Of a stretch of DNA of 64,000 nucleotides, positions 52,901 to 62,900 are shown piece after piece. Under the pieces are notes generated by a model that saw only the letters and a program-made list of their open reading frames with translations, did not search any database and had not been told where the DNA came from. Position 1 is the stretch's first letter; the number at the start of each line of letters is the position of its first letter. The stretch comes from Phoronis australis (Eukaryota; Animalia; Phoronida): the NCBI GenBank assembly GCA_002633005.1, contig NMRA01000770.1:30352-94351 (forward strand). Direction: 5' to 3'. A program made the position numbers and the translations under genes.

Positions 52901-55900
52901 TCCATGTGAAGGCGTAGACAAATCTGTGGAGGGGTGGGTGCTCGCTAGGACTGGCTTATAGCTACTTGTGAGGGTACTGTTTACTTACTGTGATGAATAT
53001 TCATAATTATTGTAATATATGCAGACCCATTGTTGTCAAGACTGGCTTAAGTAATAAAACCAGTGATACCCCCGAATTGTTTGACCATCAAGCCACCGTT
53101 AGTTGGTTTATGGAATCAAATTTGCGTAGTACTGAAACATGTTTATTTGAGCTTACCCGCTTGAATTTTATGTGAATTGTATTTGGTTGTGTTCGGCTCT
53201 ATGTTGCTATAGTTGGGCCAATGTCAGAGTGTGGCAGAATGTGAAACATTTGAGCAAAACCACGGAGCAAATTTTTAAAGCATCACTCGGAGAGACTTAT
53301 CTGTTATGACGTAGTAGATGCTGGTTGTATTCTGTTGAGCCCTACGCACTCTCAATGGAAGCATATGGGCCTACTTATGTGTTATGCAGTTGGTGGTATC
53401 CAGTAAACTGTGATACGAATTTGGTGTTTTTGTTTTTAAGGGACGTTTATTGGTTTACGTCCGAAAAATGCATTTTGCATGGAATAGACTTCTGAGCTTT
53501 GACCAGGACTATGAAACGATGAAATCTGTTGCATTTTTCTGACGTCATTACAAATCACCAATTCTTGTCGTTGTCTGCCAGGCATTTGCTGAGATCGAGG
53601 CTGGTGTCTTTGGCATTTAAATATGCTGATTGTACTCAGATGTTATACGCACGAGTTCTAGCTACTAATGCAAAGCTAGTTGGCCCTTCTTTGCTCTATT
53701 GCTAATTTCTTTAGAATGAACTTTCTTGCGGAGACTGTCCCTTTAAGAGATTTTGATGTTATTGAATCGATGTTTTGAGTTCATTTTCCCGGTGCTCCTT
53801 TTCCAGCATGTATGTCTCCCCAGAGCAAGGTCTACTGTTCTTCACTCTGAGTGACTGTACTCATGCTGTGGACGCTTACAAGCAGGCACACACCATCGTG
53901 GTGAGTTGGTGTTATTCGCTTATAAATACTCAAAAGCCGTTCAGTGCAGTTACACATTACAGGCAACAGATTTGCGACTACAACACGTTTTTATGAAATT
54001 CCCATAGGTGGCGACACCTTCTTGGGCTTCCCTCAGCTTCCCGTTAATGTGTACGGACGTGAAATTGCGGTATCTGTTTTAGTGCTTAGCATTTTGAGCG
54101 TCTTCCTTTTTGTGAGTTATTTTGGGAATAGCTCAGAAAGTGCAGTTTGGCAATCTACAAAAAACATCGTAACGTGCACGTGCAGTGATCTCCATGCAAC
54201 GTATTGCTCTGTGTCGGCCATCTTCCTTTCACTGTGTTACTTATTTGCAGACTAAGTGTCTAATCATGTGGGGCTTTATCTACAACTTTGAGATTTGCAT
54301 ATTTTCACTTGAGAGTGCCCATGCAGTCCAATTTATATGATCGAAACTTCATTGAAAGCACCCCTGTCTTTATGAACACTCATCTCGCACATACTTTTTC
54401 TCTCGAAACGCAAGAAATTGGCTTATCTTTTGTGTAACAAGCGGTTATATTTTCAATGGCAGCTTGCCACCAGTCTTGTGCTATATTCTATTTAACTGTT
54501 GGGCAAATCAAAGCTCAATAATGGCCACGATTGCACAAAAAACTTGGTTTTCTTGCTCATGTGCTCGACTTAATACACATCTTATTTGTGAGTTCCCCAG
54601 TGGAAGTGCCCTGGAGGTTAAGGCGAGTCGTACAGTAAAAATTATGTGATGATAGACGACATCTTTTGATTGCATCAAATAACAGCGCATATTACTCACC
54701 TGGTGGGGGTCAGTGAACTTTAGGATTGAGACGTGGAAAGCTGGATTCAAAATCAAACAACGAACTATTTGTCCCTTTGATTGGTTGAGTACAAAGCATT
54801 ATCCTGCTGTGATTTATAAGTGCTCTGCTACAAATATTTAATGTATTGATTTTTGACTTGCACTAATTGGTCGCACTGATAACAGTATGACACTTTGTGG
54901 GGCTGACCTAGTGACAAGTTCAGTTATGGTCTGGGAATTTTAAATAAATGGTTTTAGTGCAGATAGTTTCCCGTGAAAATTTATCGACACAACTTCTCAG
55001 AAAGAATGGAGTTTTATATCATCAACTTTTCCAAGAAAAGTAAATTCACAATGATTGTCATAGTTTTTGTCTGGCTTGATAAAATAATTTAATGTAAAGC
55101 TAGTTTGCAAGCACAATTTAGTCAACTTTTTGACATTGTGAATTCTGCAAATAGCGACACCTAATGCTTTTGATCAAAACTAATGACACTCATGGCTCAC
55201 ATCTTTTTCAGATACATTCCTCTCCACCATCACAAGATGTTGACTCGGCTCGTAGTTCAAAAATAAGAAAATCACACTGTGACTGACTGAGATTTCAGTG
55301 CTTGTAAAGTTTGTCAGACTCGTAAATGCAGGGGAGATAATTTCAAAGGACTGCGCCATAAATTGCATTTTAAGACAGACTTGCACTTTTTGTCTGACAA
55401 CAACAGTCCTGTGTGTCATCTTTAACGTTAAAATAATTTGAAGTTGAACTTATGACCCGACCGTATTACTGTATGTGACTCTAACATTGGTTACAGGATG
55501 GTTACATTAGTGGGAAGACGCCATTTTCTGAAGTCGAACTCGAGACATCTAAGAGCAGCCTGATCTTTGAGATTATTGAGAAGGAGACGACCATCGGTGA
55601 TACAGTTCAGCAGTCCCTCCAGTCATACTACAAAGGGGTCGGTACAGACTATAACAGGTATGGAGGGCACGGAGGGCTGATTTCCTGTGGCATGCATTGT
55701 GGGTATGCGTGTAGGCCATGTGCATTTTTATTAAAAAGCTGCTTGTATTCATATTTAGAGGTTGTGCCAGAATGCGCTCTGGTGACGAAGGTTGGTGGTT
55801 GGCTTCACTTTATTGAGTCCTGTAAAAGCCAAAAGTATGCAGACAAAATGACCCAGAATTCCCTTCCATGATGGCTGGACGGAAGCAAAATTCATCATTC

Positions 55901-57228
55901 ATCTGTCGACAGAATTTAATTTAGCTGTCATGACAGGAAAATTGTATTTTGTATGATTACCTTTTTCTTGCAGTGTTGCAGCTTGTTAGTGTGCTGTACG
56001 TCTTGGTTGTTAACAGCGACGGCAAAGAAAATGTCTTCCTCCCTTTCCAGTTGTATTGGTCAGCAGTTCACCAGGCTTACACCTGTGTTTCACATGCTTG
56101 GTCATTAAAACTGGGCAGATTCTGAATGAACTCTTAAACTGTTACTCAGTGAACAATGTTATGCCTAAATTCCCATTGTCTTTGAATAAAAAATACTATG
56201 AATTAATTTTTTTCTGTGTTAAATGTACACGGTGTGTATGTTGTTAGCTGTAAATAGTGAAAAGTGGAGTATATTGCCTGTGTGTAAATTTGATGTTCCG
56301 TACAGGGACTTGCTGAAGAAGGTGTCTGCGGTCACTCTGGACGACTTGAAGAGGGTGGGGCCTAAGTACTTCACACCGCTCTTTGACCCCGCCCAGTGTC
56401 GGTCTGTCGTGGTCGCACACCCGTCTAAGGTGGAAGAGATCGTCAACAACTTCAAGGAGTGAGTAGTGTGTAGATGACATTTTGGGGGCTGTGTATATTG
56501 TATTGGGTTTGTACCTGAGTGAAGCCCTCCACACTTATTGGTGTTTTCATTTGCAAACACTACATTTTCTTTTTGAATCTGTCTTCTGTCCATGTGTAAG
56601 TCCATGTTCATGTTCAAGCTATGTTCATGCAGAGGCTTATTGTTCATGTACATGTTCTTGTTGGTGAACAAGGTTGATGTGTCCATGTACTAGCTTATGT
56701 TCACGTGCAAGCTTAGGTTCTTAAACACGTTTAACTTGTTCTTGTACAAGCTCATACTCGTTATTATGTACACTTAGTGTTCATGCAATCTTCACATCAC
56801 GCTTATTTTCAAGCTTCTGCACACATTCCTGTTCATGATCATGTTCATACTTTTGCTGTGGCTCAAGTTCATGTTCATACTTTTGCTGTGGCTCAAGTTC
56901 ATGTTCATAGTTATGTTCATGTTCATGCTTATGTTCATACTTATGTTCATGTTCATAGTTATGGTTATGTTTGTGTTTATGTTCAGTGACATGATCATGC
57001 TTATACTCATTTTGATGTCTGTGGTTTTGGTGATGTTGTGACACCAGACAATTAAGAAACGAGACCTTTTTTGATTTTGCACCTAAGTGTTTGTGTGAAA
57101 GAACGCCAAATTTGCTAACAACTGTGATGGTGTAAATCTTAATACTTTGATGTTTTTATCTTTTCAGCTTCGGGTGTCAGTACACTGCATTGGAGTCACT
57201 GGAGAACAGCTTCTTAACCAAACTCTGA
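10965..57228 (+). CDS. M16-family (inverzincin, HxxEH) zinc metallopeptidase, C05D11.1-like, ~1000 aa, 22 exons
   Basis: Exons: 10965-11106, 12351-12433 (DDDGLPHTLEHLVFMGS), 14727-14885 (GTNAWTDTDHTCY), 16107-16316 (GVVYCEMQG, third Zn ligand), 17192-17314, 18954-19094, 19581-19691, 20636-20727, 21476-21578, 22751-22825, 23321-(broken at N 23537), 32018-32195, 36072-36174, 36816-36946, 38274-38454, 40068-40153, 40743-40900, 52472-52708 (MWRQIRGLGLAYG), 53807-53900, 55497-55657, 56306-56458, 57168-57228 (TGA). Splice sites are GT-AG and phases match. The end of exon 11 is lost at an assembly break, and a stray N at 32148 disturbs the frame. Confidence 0.93.
11201..11800. mobile_element. Long-TIR fold-back element
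   Basis: GGAGCTCCTATAGGAGCTTCAT and TGCCTTGCACTGACTAAAACATCAAAG are mirrored at 11710-11780. Confidence 0.7.
15114..15362. repeat. Inverted pair of tRNA-derived (SINE-like) sequences
   Basis: Minus strand 15136-15209 has an A box (TAGCTCAGTGG), an anticodon-like arm CTAGA-CCTGCAA-TCTAG and a B box (GGTTCGATTCC). The plus-strand mirror at 15290-15362 keeps the B box. Confidence 0.6.
16317..16545 (+). repeat. ~34-bp G-rich minisatellite starting at the exon 4 donor
   Basis: GTGAGTATGGGGTGTCATGGTGAGGGAGGTCTAT units. Confidence 0.85.
16555..17142 (+). mobile_element. Decayed HINE remnant (3' part)
   Basis: Degenerate internal repeats (GTGCCCTCTGGTGGCAATTT) and a decayed end TGGGCGCAATTCGATACTCTGCATTGCTCTTGT. 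Confidence 0.55.
17595..17962. repeat. 44/45-bp minisatellite, ~8 copies
   Basis: CAATAACAAACTGTGGCTAGCCAACCTGTAGAGCCTGATATCAAG and variants. Confidence 0.9.
21560..22130 (+). repeat. 64-bp minisatellite x9 that includes the exon 9 end and donor; collapsed copy at 29088-29320
   Basis: ACTAGAGTCACTGAGTCAG|GTAGGCTTGGGATGAAGGGACCCAGTCGGTGTGAGTGGGGGGGTG, with units starting at 21560, 21623, 21687 ... 22071. Confidence 0.95.
23538..23865 (+). mobile_element. 3' end of another copy of the same HINE family
   Basis: About a dozen differences from 35544-35869. It ends with the subTIR and hairpin, directly joined to a T-run that is empty in the other copy (18344-18350). Confidence 0.8.
24385..25857. 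mobile_element. Non-autonomous Tc1/mariner-pogo-type DNA transposon (TA target)
   Basis: 25-bp TIR CCGTATTCGCCGTAATAACCGCCCA (1 mismatch) with TA on both sides and subterminal TAAGCGCCC motifs. The site is empty in the other copy (~18865). No transposase ORF. Confidence 0.8.
26095..26215. repeat. 34-bp tandem repeat, ~3.5 copies
   Basis: CATCACCATAGGCCCATATTATCATACCTTGGGG. Confidence 0.85.
26683..30729 (+). CDS. Second copy of M16 peptidase exons 6-11 (probably the other haplotype)
   Basis: Exon 6 end 26683-26690, then 27163-27273, 28161-28252, 28993-29086 (N), 29939-30013 and 30524-30729 (gap). Translations are identical to the first copy; the 10 exonic differences I counted are all synonymous. 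Confidence 0.85.
32492..32651. repeat. 30-bp tandem repeat x5
   Basis: TGAGTTACTAGTGTTGCTCTGGGCATTACT. Confidence 0.9.
33363..35869 (+). mobile_element. Non-autonomous Helentron-associated element (HINE/DINE-1-like), near full length, with an internal gap
   Basis: T-run, then 5' subTIR ATGCGCCCA (33368-33376) with an adjacent partial inverted repeat and a CGTC/GTCC microsatellite. Internal ~145-bp subrepeats follow, then 3' subTIR TGGGCGCAT (35837-35845) and terminal hairpin CAACGC-TCT-GCGTTG. No TSD. Confidence 0.8.
34724..35236. mobile_element. MITE with 13-bp TIR and 6-bp TSD (hAT-like), nested in the HINE
   Basis: Perfect TIR CAGGGCTTGGAAT / ATTCCAAGCCCTG, flanked by the direct repeat ATGATT (34718-34723 and 35237-35242). 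Confidence 0.85.
38478..39431. repeat. 33/35-bp minisatellite with 101-bp higher-order structure
   Basis: CACTGA(CAC/T)GGGTCATTGTGTGCCATGTAAACTAT; degenerate on the left, homogeneous on the right. Confidence 0.92.
39433..39968 (+). mobile_element. 5'-truncated non-LTR retrotransposon (LINE) 3' end
   Basis: C-terminal CCHC-like knuckle LCSCGDTQTYPHVFFACEVCKEERVQL, an AT-rich 3' UTR with a small hairpin, then AATAAA and an A-tail at 39950-39968. Confidence 0.7.
42608..43630 (-). CDS. Rhodopsin-class (class A) orphan GPCR, 340 aa, intronless CDS, nested in intron 17 of the peptidase
   Basis: Seven hydrophobic segments: TM1 LLN, TM2 SLGVADILF, TM3 MTIERIVA (DRY-like), TM4 Trp, TM6 FVLLWLP, TM7 NQIADPIVY. 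An upstream pyrimidine tract plus AG (43707-43708) implies a non-coding 5' exon. Confidence 0.9.
   Translation of the reverse strand: MAMTAITTTAEQTLNMMTNTSLDTCASMPVCVVSGGIISISLVAILLNTVGMLALVNVKQKDNTIYTIASLGVADILFSVSKLVSAVLCCFICQCFGKSHRVQHEKLNILQLVSNIFQLKAMASLYAGLFAMFFMTIERIVASYQPHQFKRLFTRHRVIVFICLHWIVAIILAIGQALVILSSNKSESSPDNWFQLAQCILGLIMVIGIIISLILLLIKIKHQKKSSGITTICLIALTFVLLWLPSTVLYLYLYDNQDAKSTSTLIPKIVAATMILLSLNQIADPIVYTTRHHKIRCELKKLLLRWHIVNDTCFKTKRNEWMELYLHNQPSHQMSLVSTP
44050..47759. repeat. ~1.68-kb direct duplication (44050-45726 and 46083-47759), probably allelic
   Basis: Near-identical copies with scattered SNPs and indels, separated by a HINE fragment and N 46082. Confidence 0.9.
45722..46081 (+). 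mobile_element. 5' part of a HINE copy, cut at N 46082
   Basis: Near-identical to 33394-33668 and continues like 34560-34680. It sits in a T-run that is empty in the duplicate at ~47751-47759. Confidence 0.8.
47785..47940. repeat. 30-bp tandem repeat x5
   Basis: TTTCCCTTGTTGTGCATTAGGATGTTCAGA. Confidence 0.9.
48457..48705. repeat. 48-bp tandem repeat x5
   Basis: GACCGTTTGCTCATGGTTATGAAACCAAGTCACTTAAAGCACCCTGTT. Confidence 0.9.
49607..49730 (+). mobile_element. Decayed HINE 5' end
   Basis: TTATGCGCCCACATATTTAATATGTTGACGCATTATGCC followed by a TGTC/CGTC microsatellite, as at 33366. Confidence 0.6.
50059..50188. mobile_element. Short TA-flanked MITE related to the 24385 element
   Basis: TA-CCATAAACTCGC ... 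GCGAGTTTACGG-TA with an internal TAAGCGCCC. Confidence 0.5.
51668..51868. mobile_element. Decayed relative of the 34724 MITE
   Basis: CTGGGTTTGGAAT ... TCATTGGTCATTCCAAGACGTG, flanked by CAGTAA and CAGTGA. Confidence 0.55.
56590..57015. repeat. Degenerate (ATGTTC)n low-complexity tract
   Basis: Hexamer-based repeats with a local 36-bp duplication, in the last intron of the peptidase gene. Confidence 0.8.
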
Positions 57229-57994
57229 AGACGGAGTCATTAGTTTGAGCAAACGTCTCTTATACTCCGCGTAATTACTGCTCCTCTTTTATCTTGTAAC
57301 TGTAGTCCCAGTGCTCTGGGCTTCATTAATGTCAGATTGTAATCTCGGTGTTAGTCGATAGCTGTAACTTATCCAAGGAGCCAGTTGGGCTCAATGGGTA
57401 TGGAGAAACATTTCACATAATAGTTTGTTTTTGTAATAACTACAACGTTACTTGTCTGGGTTACCGCATGTGTTTGGCTGAGGCACTTACTGCAAAATTT
57501 TGCAAATTTTGTTTGTAAAAGTCCATAAACAGCTTATCTCTCACCCTCGGTTCATACGATCAAGATTTCATTGAAAGCGCCTGTGTTACGTCTCGTGTGA
57601 AAAGTTTCCCAAAACATATGAAACGGGCTTTGAGCTTTCAGTAAGTTATGTACAGAAACTCAGCGGCACCCTGCNCCATCAACGTCACACAAATTTTGTT
57701 TTTAAACTTGCTCTTCCCACCCCTTTATTTTGCAGTTCTTCAATATAACCCCCTTGCCTGTTAACCCTGATGAGTATGGTAAAATCGTGTTATGATTAAT
57801 TTTTGTTGTGAAACTATCAGTAGGTTGTCGCTTTCAGTTATACTAGATAACTGTACTTTAGGTTAAGGATGTCTCAAGCCTACAACTACTTCACTGCCCC
57901 CTGTTGCCTAAAGCCGCATCAAATACCCACATGTTTATGTATTGTCTTTATGGCGTTCTCATTAACGTAATCTTTTTGTTATTGGTTTTTCTTG

Positions 57995-58000
57995 AATAAA
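57995..58000 (+). terminator. Candidate polyadenylation signal of the peptidase gene
   Basis: AATAAA ~770 nt after the stop codon, followed by T/GT-rich sequence. Confidence 0.45.
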
Positions 58001-58892
58001 CTGGTAGCAGGTCTGCCTTTTTCATTAGATTATTGTTTTTCACATTTTCGAAAGCTGTGATTTTCGTACTGTCAATACAGTTCTTGAGTGCATTTGTGGA
58101 GTTGTGTTTGTACTTTCTGTTTAGAACTTATTGGTAAGGCGGTGGGTGGATAAGTTAGAAGCCAACAGCATCATGATAACTATTGGCCAATAAGTAAGGG
58201 TGTGGCAATTAATTGACTTGTAATCAAGATGTGTCAGATTTTAATACTGATAGGTTAAGGTCCATTTTGATTCGATTCTTATCTCAGTTTTTGCTGTTAG
58301 GTGTCTTACAAAGATATCCATTACTTGTATCTTGAAGGGCATTATTGAGATATTGAGCCAATTAAAAGCTCAGGATCATTCTGAAATCTTGTCACATCTA
58401 AGAATTTTCCACAGCAAGCACAGCTGTCCCCATAAAATGCTGACACTCGCATTGTCCTAATGAAGCCTAAAAGGACACTTAACCCTGTTTTGGTGATTTC
58501 AATCAACCCTCTTTCTGCCACTTGCAAATGTATCATTGGCATCACACTTCAGTGATAAAAGGATTCTACTAAAAATTTCGTGCTGTCTGTGTCACAGATA
58601 GGTTATAATTCTCGATGGGTGGTCTTTCCCTACAGTTGAGGTGTAGCTGCGGATAGGGTAGGTGAGGCTTGGGGTTTTAGTAGACACTTTTTAAAGAATT
58701 TTTAAGTTTTGCTCAAAACATTTGAGGGTTGTGGAGGGTTACATAACATTATTTTGCTTCAGAGAACTAGATGCAAATGTCTTTTTTGACTTTTTTGGAG
58801 AATAGGCTCCTCATTGGTCTCTAGAAGCATTGTATATAAAATGTTCACTTTACGTTGAGACGTGGTTGGTTGTTGGCAGACGTTTCGACCTG

Positions 58893-59298
58893 GGCCCGGT
58901 CTCCAATCTTTTTACTCGAAATGGAACTCGAAATTAGGTTTGGCATTTTCTTTTCTACTTTTGGGCGAATTCAAGATAAGTGTCTATTATTCTATGCTCG
59001 AGTACACAATAACTTACCTAGACAATTTATTGCCCTTAGTTCACAGTTTGTAAACCCAATATTAATTTAAAGCAATAAGTTCGAGTTTGAACTCGAAATT
59101 TCGAGTTTTTACTCGAGTTTGTAGCACGAATTTAAGGGTCTTCAAGGGCAAACTTGAACTAGAAACTGCTATGCATAAACTATAATGTATTCGAGCATAG
59201 TCTGATTACCAATTATTTTAAGTTCGCACAAAAGGAGCAGAGAAATTGCCAAAAATAGTTTCAAGTTCGTTTCGAGTACAAATATTAGAGACCGGGCC
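58893..59298. mobile_element. Fold-back MITE, PIF/Harbinger-like (3-bp CTG TSD)
   Basis: TIR GGCCCGGTCTC.AAT / ATT.GAGACCGGGCC with imperfect symmetry extending inward, and CTG on both sides. Confidence 0.75.
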
Positions 59299-59961
59299 CT
59301 GGTCTGCCAGGTCTTTGTCGATGAATGAGGGATTTCCCGCCTTACGCTCGTTAAGAATGCTGGAGTACACGGGGATAGGTGGAGTCCTCTGTCTGGGTTC
59401 AAGAGGGGGCGCTGACTTGATGTTTATGGCCTCTTGAACATTTTATAATATACTATACAGTATGTTTATAGGTCAAAACGGGGTTTGGTGTCCTTTTAAA
59501 TGAAAAGTAATAAAAGGTTGACATTGTTGATTTTTTTCATGCAGGAATTTGCTAAAATTGATATGAGTGGTAAGTTAACTACTTGTAGCTCAAAAAAATG
59601 AATACATTTGACAAACAAGAATGGAAACAATAGAAGTAATCAAGTTCCTCCTTAATAGGTTCCTAAAATGTTTGTGGTCCCACCCATACATATTACTTGT
59701 TGTTTTTATATCCATGGCTTCGCCCCTTTGGATAATGCAGAGGACATTCACTGGCAGCCCTATGGGTCAATAACCCTAAAGTTTTTCGTTTGCCGTGAAT
59801 TTGTCTCCCTTACTTAGCCTTTATTTTTTCTCTAAATATCAGGACGTGACGAGACCACATGACAATTGTTCGTATTACCGAGGTGCTATAATTAACCAGC
59901 TGGAGCGATAGAGGCAGGTCGACACGTAGAAAACAAAGGTTTGTCAGTATGTTAGAGACAC

Positions 59962-62900
59962 TTAAGAGCAAACCGTGTATACGGTGCGCGACTTGTGTGT
60001 AATGCCAGTTAGCGCGTTGCTGCTTTTCTCCGCTGTCTTGTGGCAACTGCTCGTGCCGTCGTCTTGGCTGCACTCGAAGAAGCCCATCGTGTTGCTATGC
60101 GTGATGTCATTCTCCGAAGCGAACACTCGAGACGCGTACTTGGCTATCGCCCAGTTGGGTGAACAGTCGAAATCCGACACGAAGGAATCGACGTTGTATC
60201 GAATGCAACTGAAATCAACAAAACGACACAATTGACGTTCTTCATCAGAACCGCGATCGAAATGCCTCGTTATTTTCCGAATATTTTGTCACCATATTTA
60301 TAGAATTACAATAAGGGGTAGATTTTCTTTGCGTATTACTGACAAAAACAGTTACAATCCGAAGAATACCGTTCGCCAGAAAAATGCCTTTGACAAGAAA
60401 TGGATGCTGAATGTTGGACCTGAAGTTTTGTACTGGGCAACCTGCAGTTCGTGAGAAAAGAACAGTGTTGACGAGAAGTGCACTCGAAGCAGAACTGGAA
60501 CTGATGAAAATTTGTCCGTAAGTAGAAGTCACGAACTTTAAAATTAGGGCGTTAAGTGAAGAAAGACATATTGATCCGACGTTTCGGTTTATTACTTTGA
60601 ACCATTCTCAAGTAAACTGTTCACATATTCAAACAGGCGACGCAGGTGGAGAACAGACTGTACAGGTACACATCAAAATGCATTGTGAGGAGGGAGAGAC
60701 CAGAAATCAAAACCCTCCCCCTCGCAATGCATTTTGACCTGTACCATTACAGTGTGTTCACCACCTGTGTCGCCTGTTGGAGTATGTGGACTGTTTTCTT
60801 GAGAATGGTTTACGTAATAAACCGAAACGTCGGATCAATATGTCTTTATTCACTTACGCGCTAATTTTAAAGTTCGTGCTTCTGTTTTGGCCGAAAACAA
60901 ATATAAGTAATGCCATTTCGTAACTGAGTCGCACTGAGTTGTGTGTGTGAGTACTGTTGACTAACTCCTGTTCTTACTTTTAACTTTTACCGTGTGTTAC
61001 GTGCTGGTCTTGATCCTTCGACTTGATGCACGTCCCGTGCACTTGTGGCCGAAATCGAACGTTGTTATCGAATGTTTGCGTCTTCAGAAAAAAAAAAAAT
61101 TTCAAAGTATTAAATTCATGCAAAAAGTTGTTTCCACTCTCTGTTGAGGGTTCATCAGGTCCACAAAACGATAAACATTTCTGATCTGCAGGTGCCAGAG
61201 ACAAACTCTATTTCGGGGCAATACACTGTTGATCTTAGCACGCCAACGATTTCCACCCCTCGTCGCCCCAAATTAATCGCATCATCGCCACCATTTTCAC
61301 CGCGCCCGGTCGCTGCCCATTTCGCGCAGCAATGACCTCCACCCGCCGACGCATTTTATTGGCCTTGTTGGGAAAGAAACGGTGCGGAAGTTGCGAGTAT
61401 TTTTAAGTAGTAACCTGTACAATTGTCATTAACCGATGTTGAAAATCTCTGAAACAGCGTATCAAGTATTTAAAGGGTTAATTCACTAGAAAATTCATGC
61501 AGTGGAATAATAATAATAATAATAATAATTTCGAGCTCGATTTCTACTAAAAAGTTTGGTCCTCGGACCCAGCTGGCCTCGCAATAAGTGTTGCGCGAAC
61601 AAACCCCTGTATTCAATGCCTCAGTCAGTTTCCTAAATAACCGTCTTTAAAACAAACACTATTCACGAACTTATAACGTCATCGCGAAAATTGCTTTTGA
61701 AAACGAGATGTATAGACTTTCAAGTCATTGTTGCAATACATTTTGAAACTGCGACGCGTAACCTTGGAATATTTCGGTTATCCCGCAGCTTGAAGTGGCC
61801 TCAACGAAGAGACCCTGTTGGAAAGTGATCCTTCTATACGAAAGGGTATATCTTAAAAAGGAGTAACAATGATAATCTGGGGTCTCCCTCCCTCCGAGAG
61901 CTCCTTTTTCAGATAAAAGAGTGCTGATGAAAACGGTATAAGAGCCTTCATGGATGCCATCATCGAACCCTTTTCAAATAGACCCGCTCTAAATATGAAA
62001 GAATAATATGTAACGTCGCGAAGACTGAACAGGAAATGATTAAAGAATTGTATAGTTTCAAGGAACGAGAAAAGAGAGATGTACGATTCTATGCCAAAGA
62101 GGGTTTTTTAGAGAATAGCGGCTTTGAAAGTTATTTTCATGAATTGTGACTAAATTTGCTTTGGAATGTCTGCTATTATCAAGAAAACCCACTTTAATTT
62201 TCATGTTTATTTTAAAAAAGCACGTGATTTTATGGTAAAGTGTCCATTCTTATGTGCGAGCAGACGATGCCTGCTACAGAAAATTGAAGTGGTTTTCTCC
62301 TATAACAAAAATGGCTCGTCCGGTGCCTTACATAGGCCCAAGGTAAGTGACGCTTACAAATTATTAGAGCGCATGTTCCCAGCACGACGTCCTAGGACAC
62401 TGGTTGGACTTTACAAACACCCACTTACGCCTGTACGCCGTTGATGTAGTTGTAACCCACGTGACAACCGATCGGCTGCCGACCAAGATGGGCACACAAG
62501 TTGCGGTAGTCGAGACACCAGTTGGCGGAATCGGAGCGTCCACTCTTCGGAATTCTCACCTTTAAGAATACGATGGACCTATTTCCCACGATATAGGTCT
62601 CCTCCATTCGTTGAATTTCGAACGCCGTGTCGTTCAGTGTTAGACCTGAATATAGAAAGATAATCATATCGTTGGAGACTCTTACGTCTCGGAATTCAGT
62701 ACCGGTGCACATTGTGCTTTTAGCGAACCTCAAGCCCAAGGGTCATTTTTGTAAAAAATCGCGCAAGTCTGGCCTTATCCAGTGATTGTATCTCTTTGCT
62801 AAATTTTAATTGAAAGACACGATCACATTTCTCAATGGCAAATTGTTGCAAAGTAAAAATATAATTCTACTGGCTTCCTGCAGTTACAGTTTATAATCTT

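Larger units (their letters stand above)
60530..60879. mobile_element. ~350-bp palindrome, probably inverted Penelope-like terminal repeat fragments
   Basis: Two ~165-bp arms are imperfect reverse complements around a short spacer at ~60700, and each arm carries a hammerhead-like motif. Confidence 0.7.

Noticed and set aside
56781-57082. His/Glu-rich and Met/Asn-rich ORFs
   Set aside because: They are products of an intronic (ATGTTC)n tract, with no splice or homology support.
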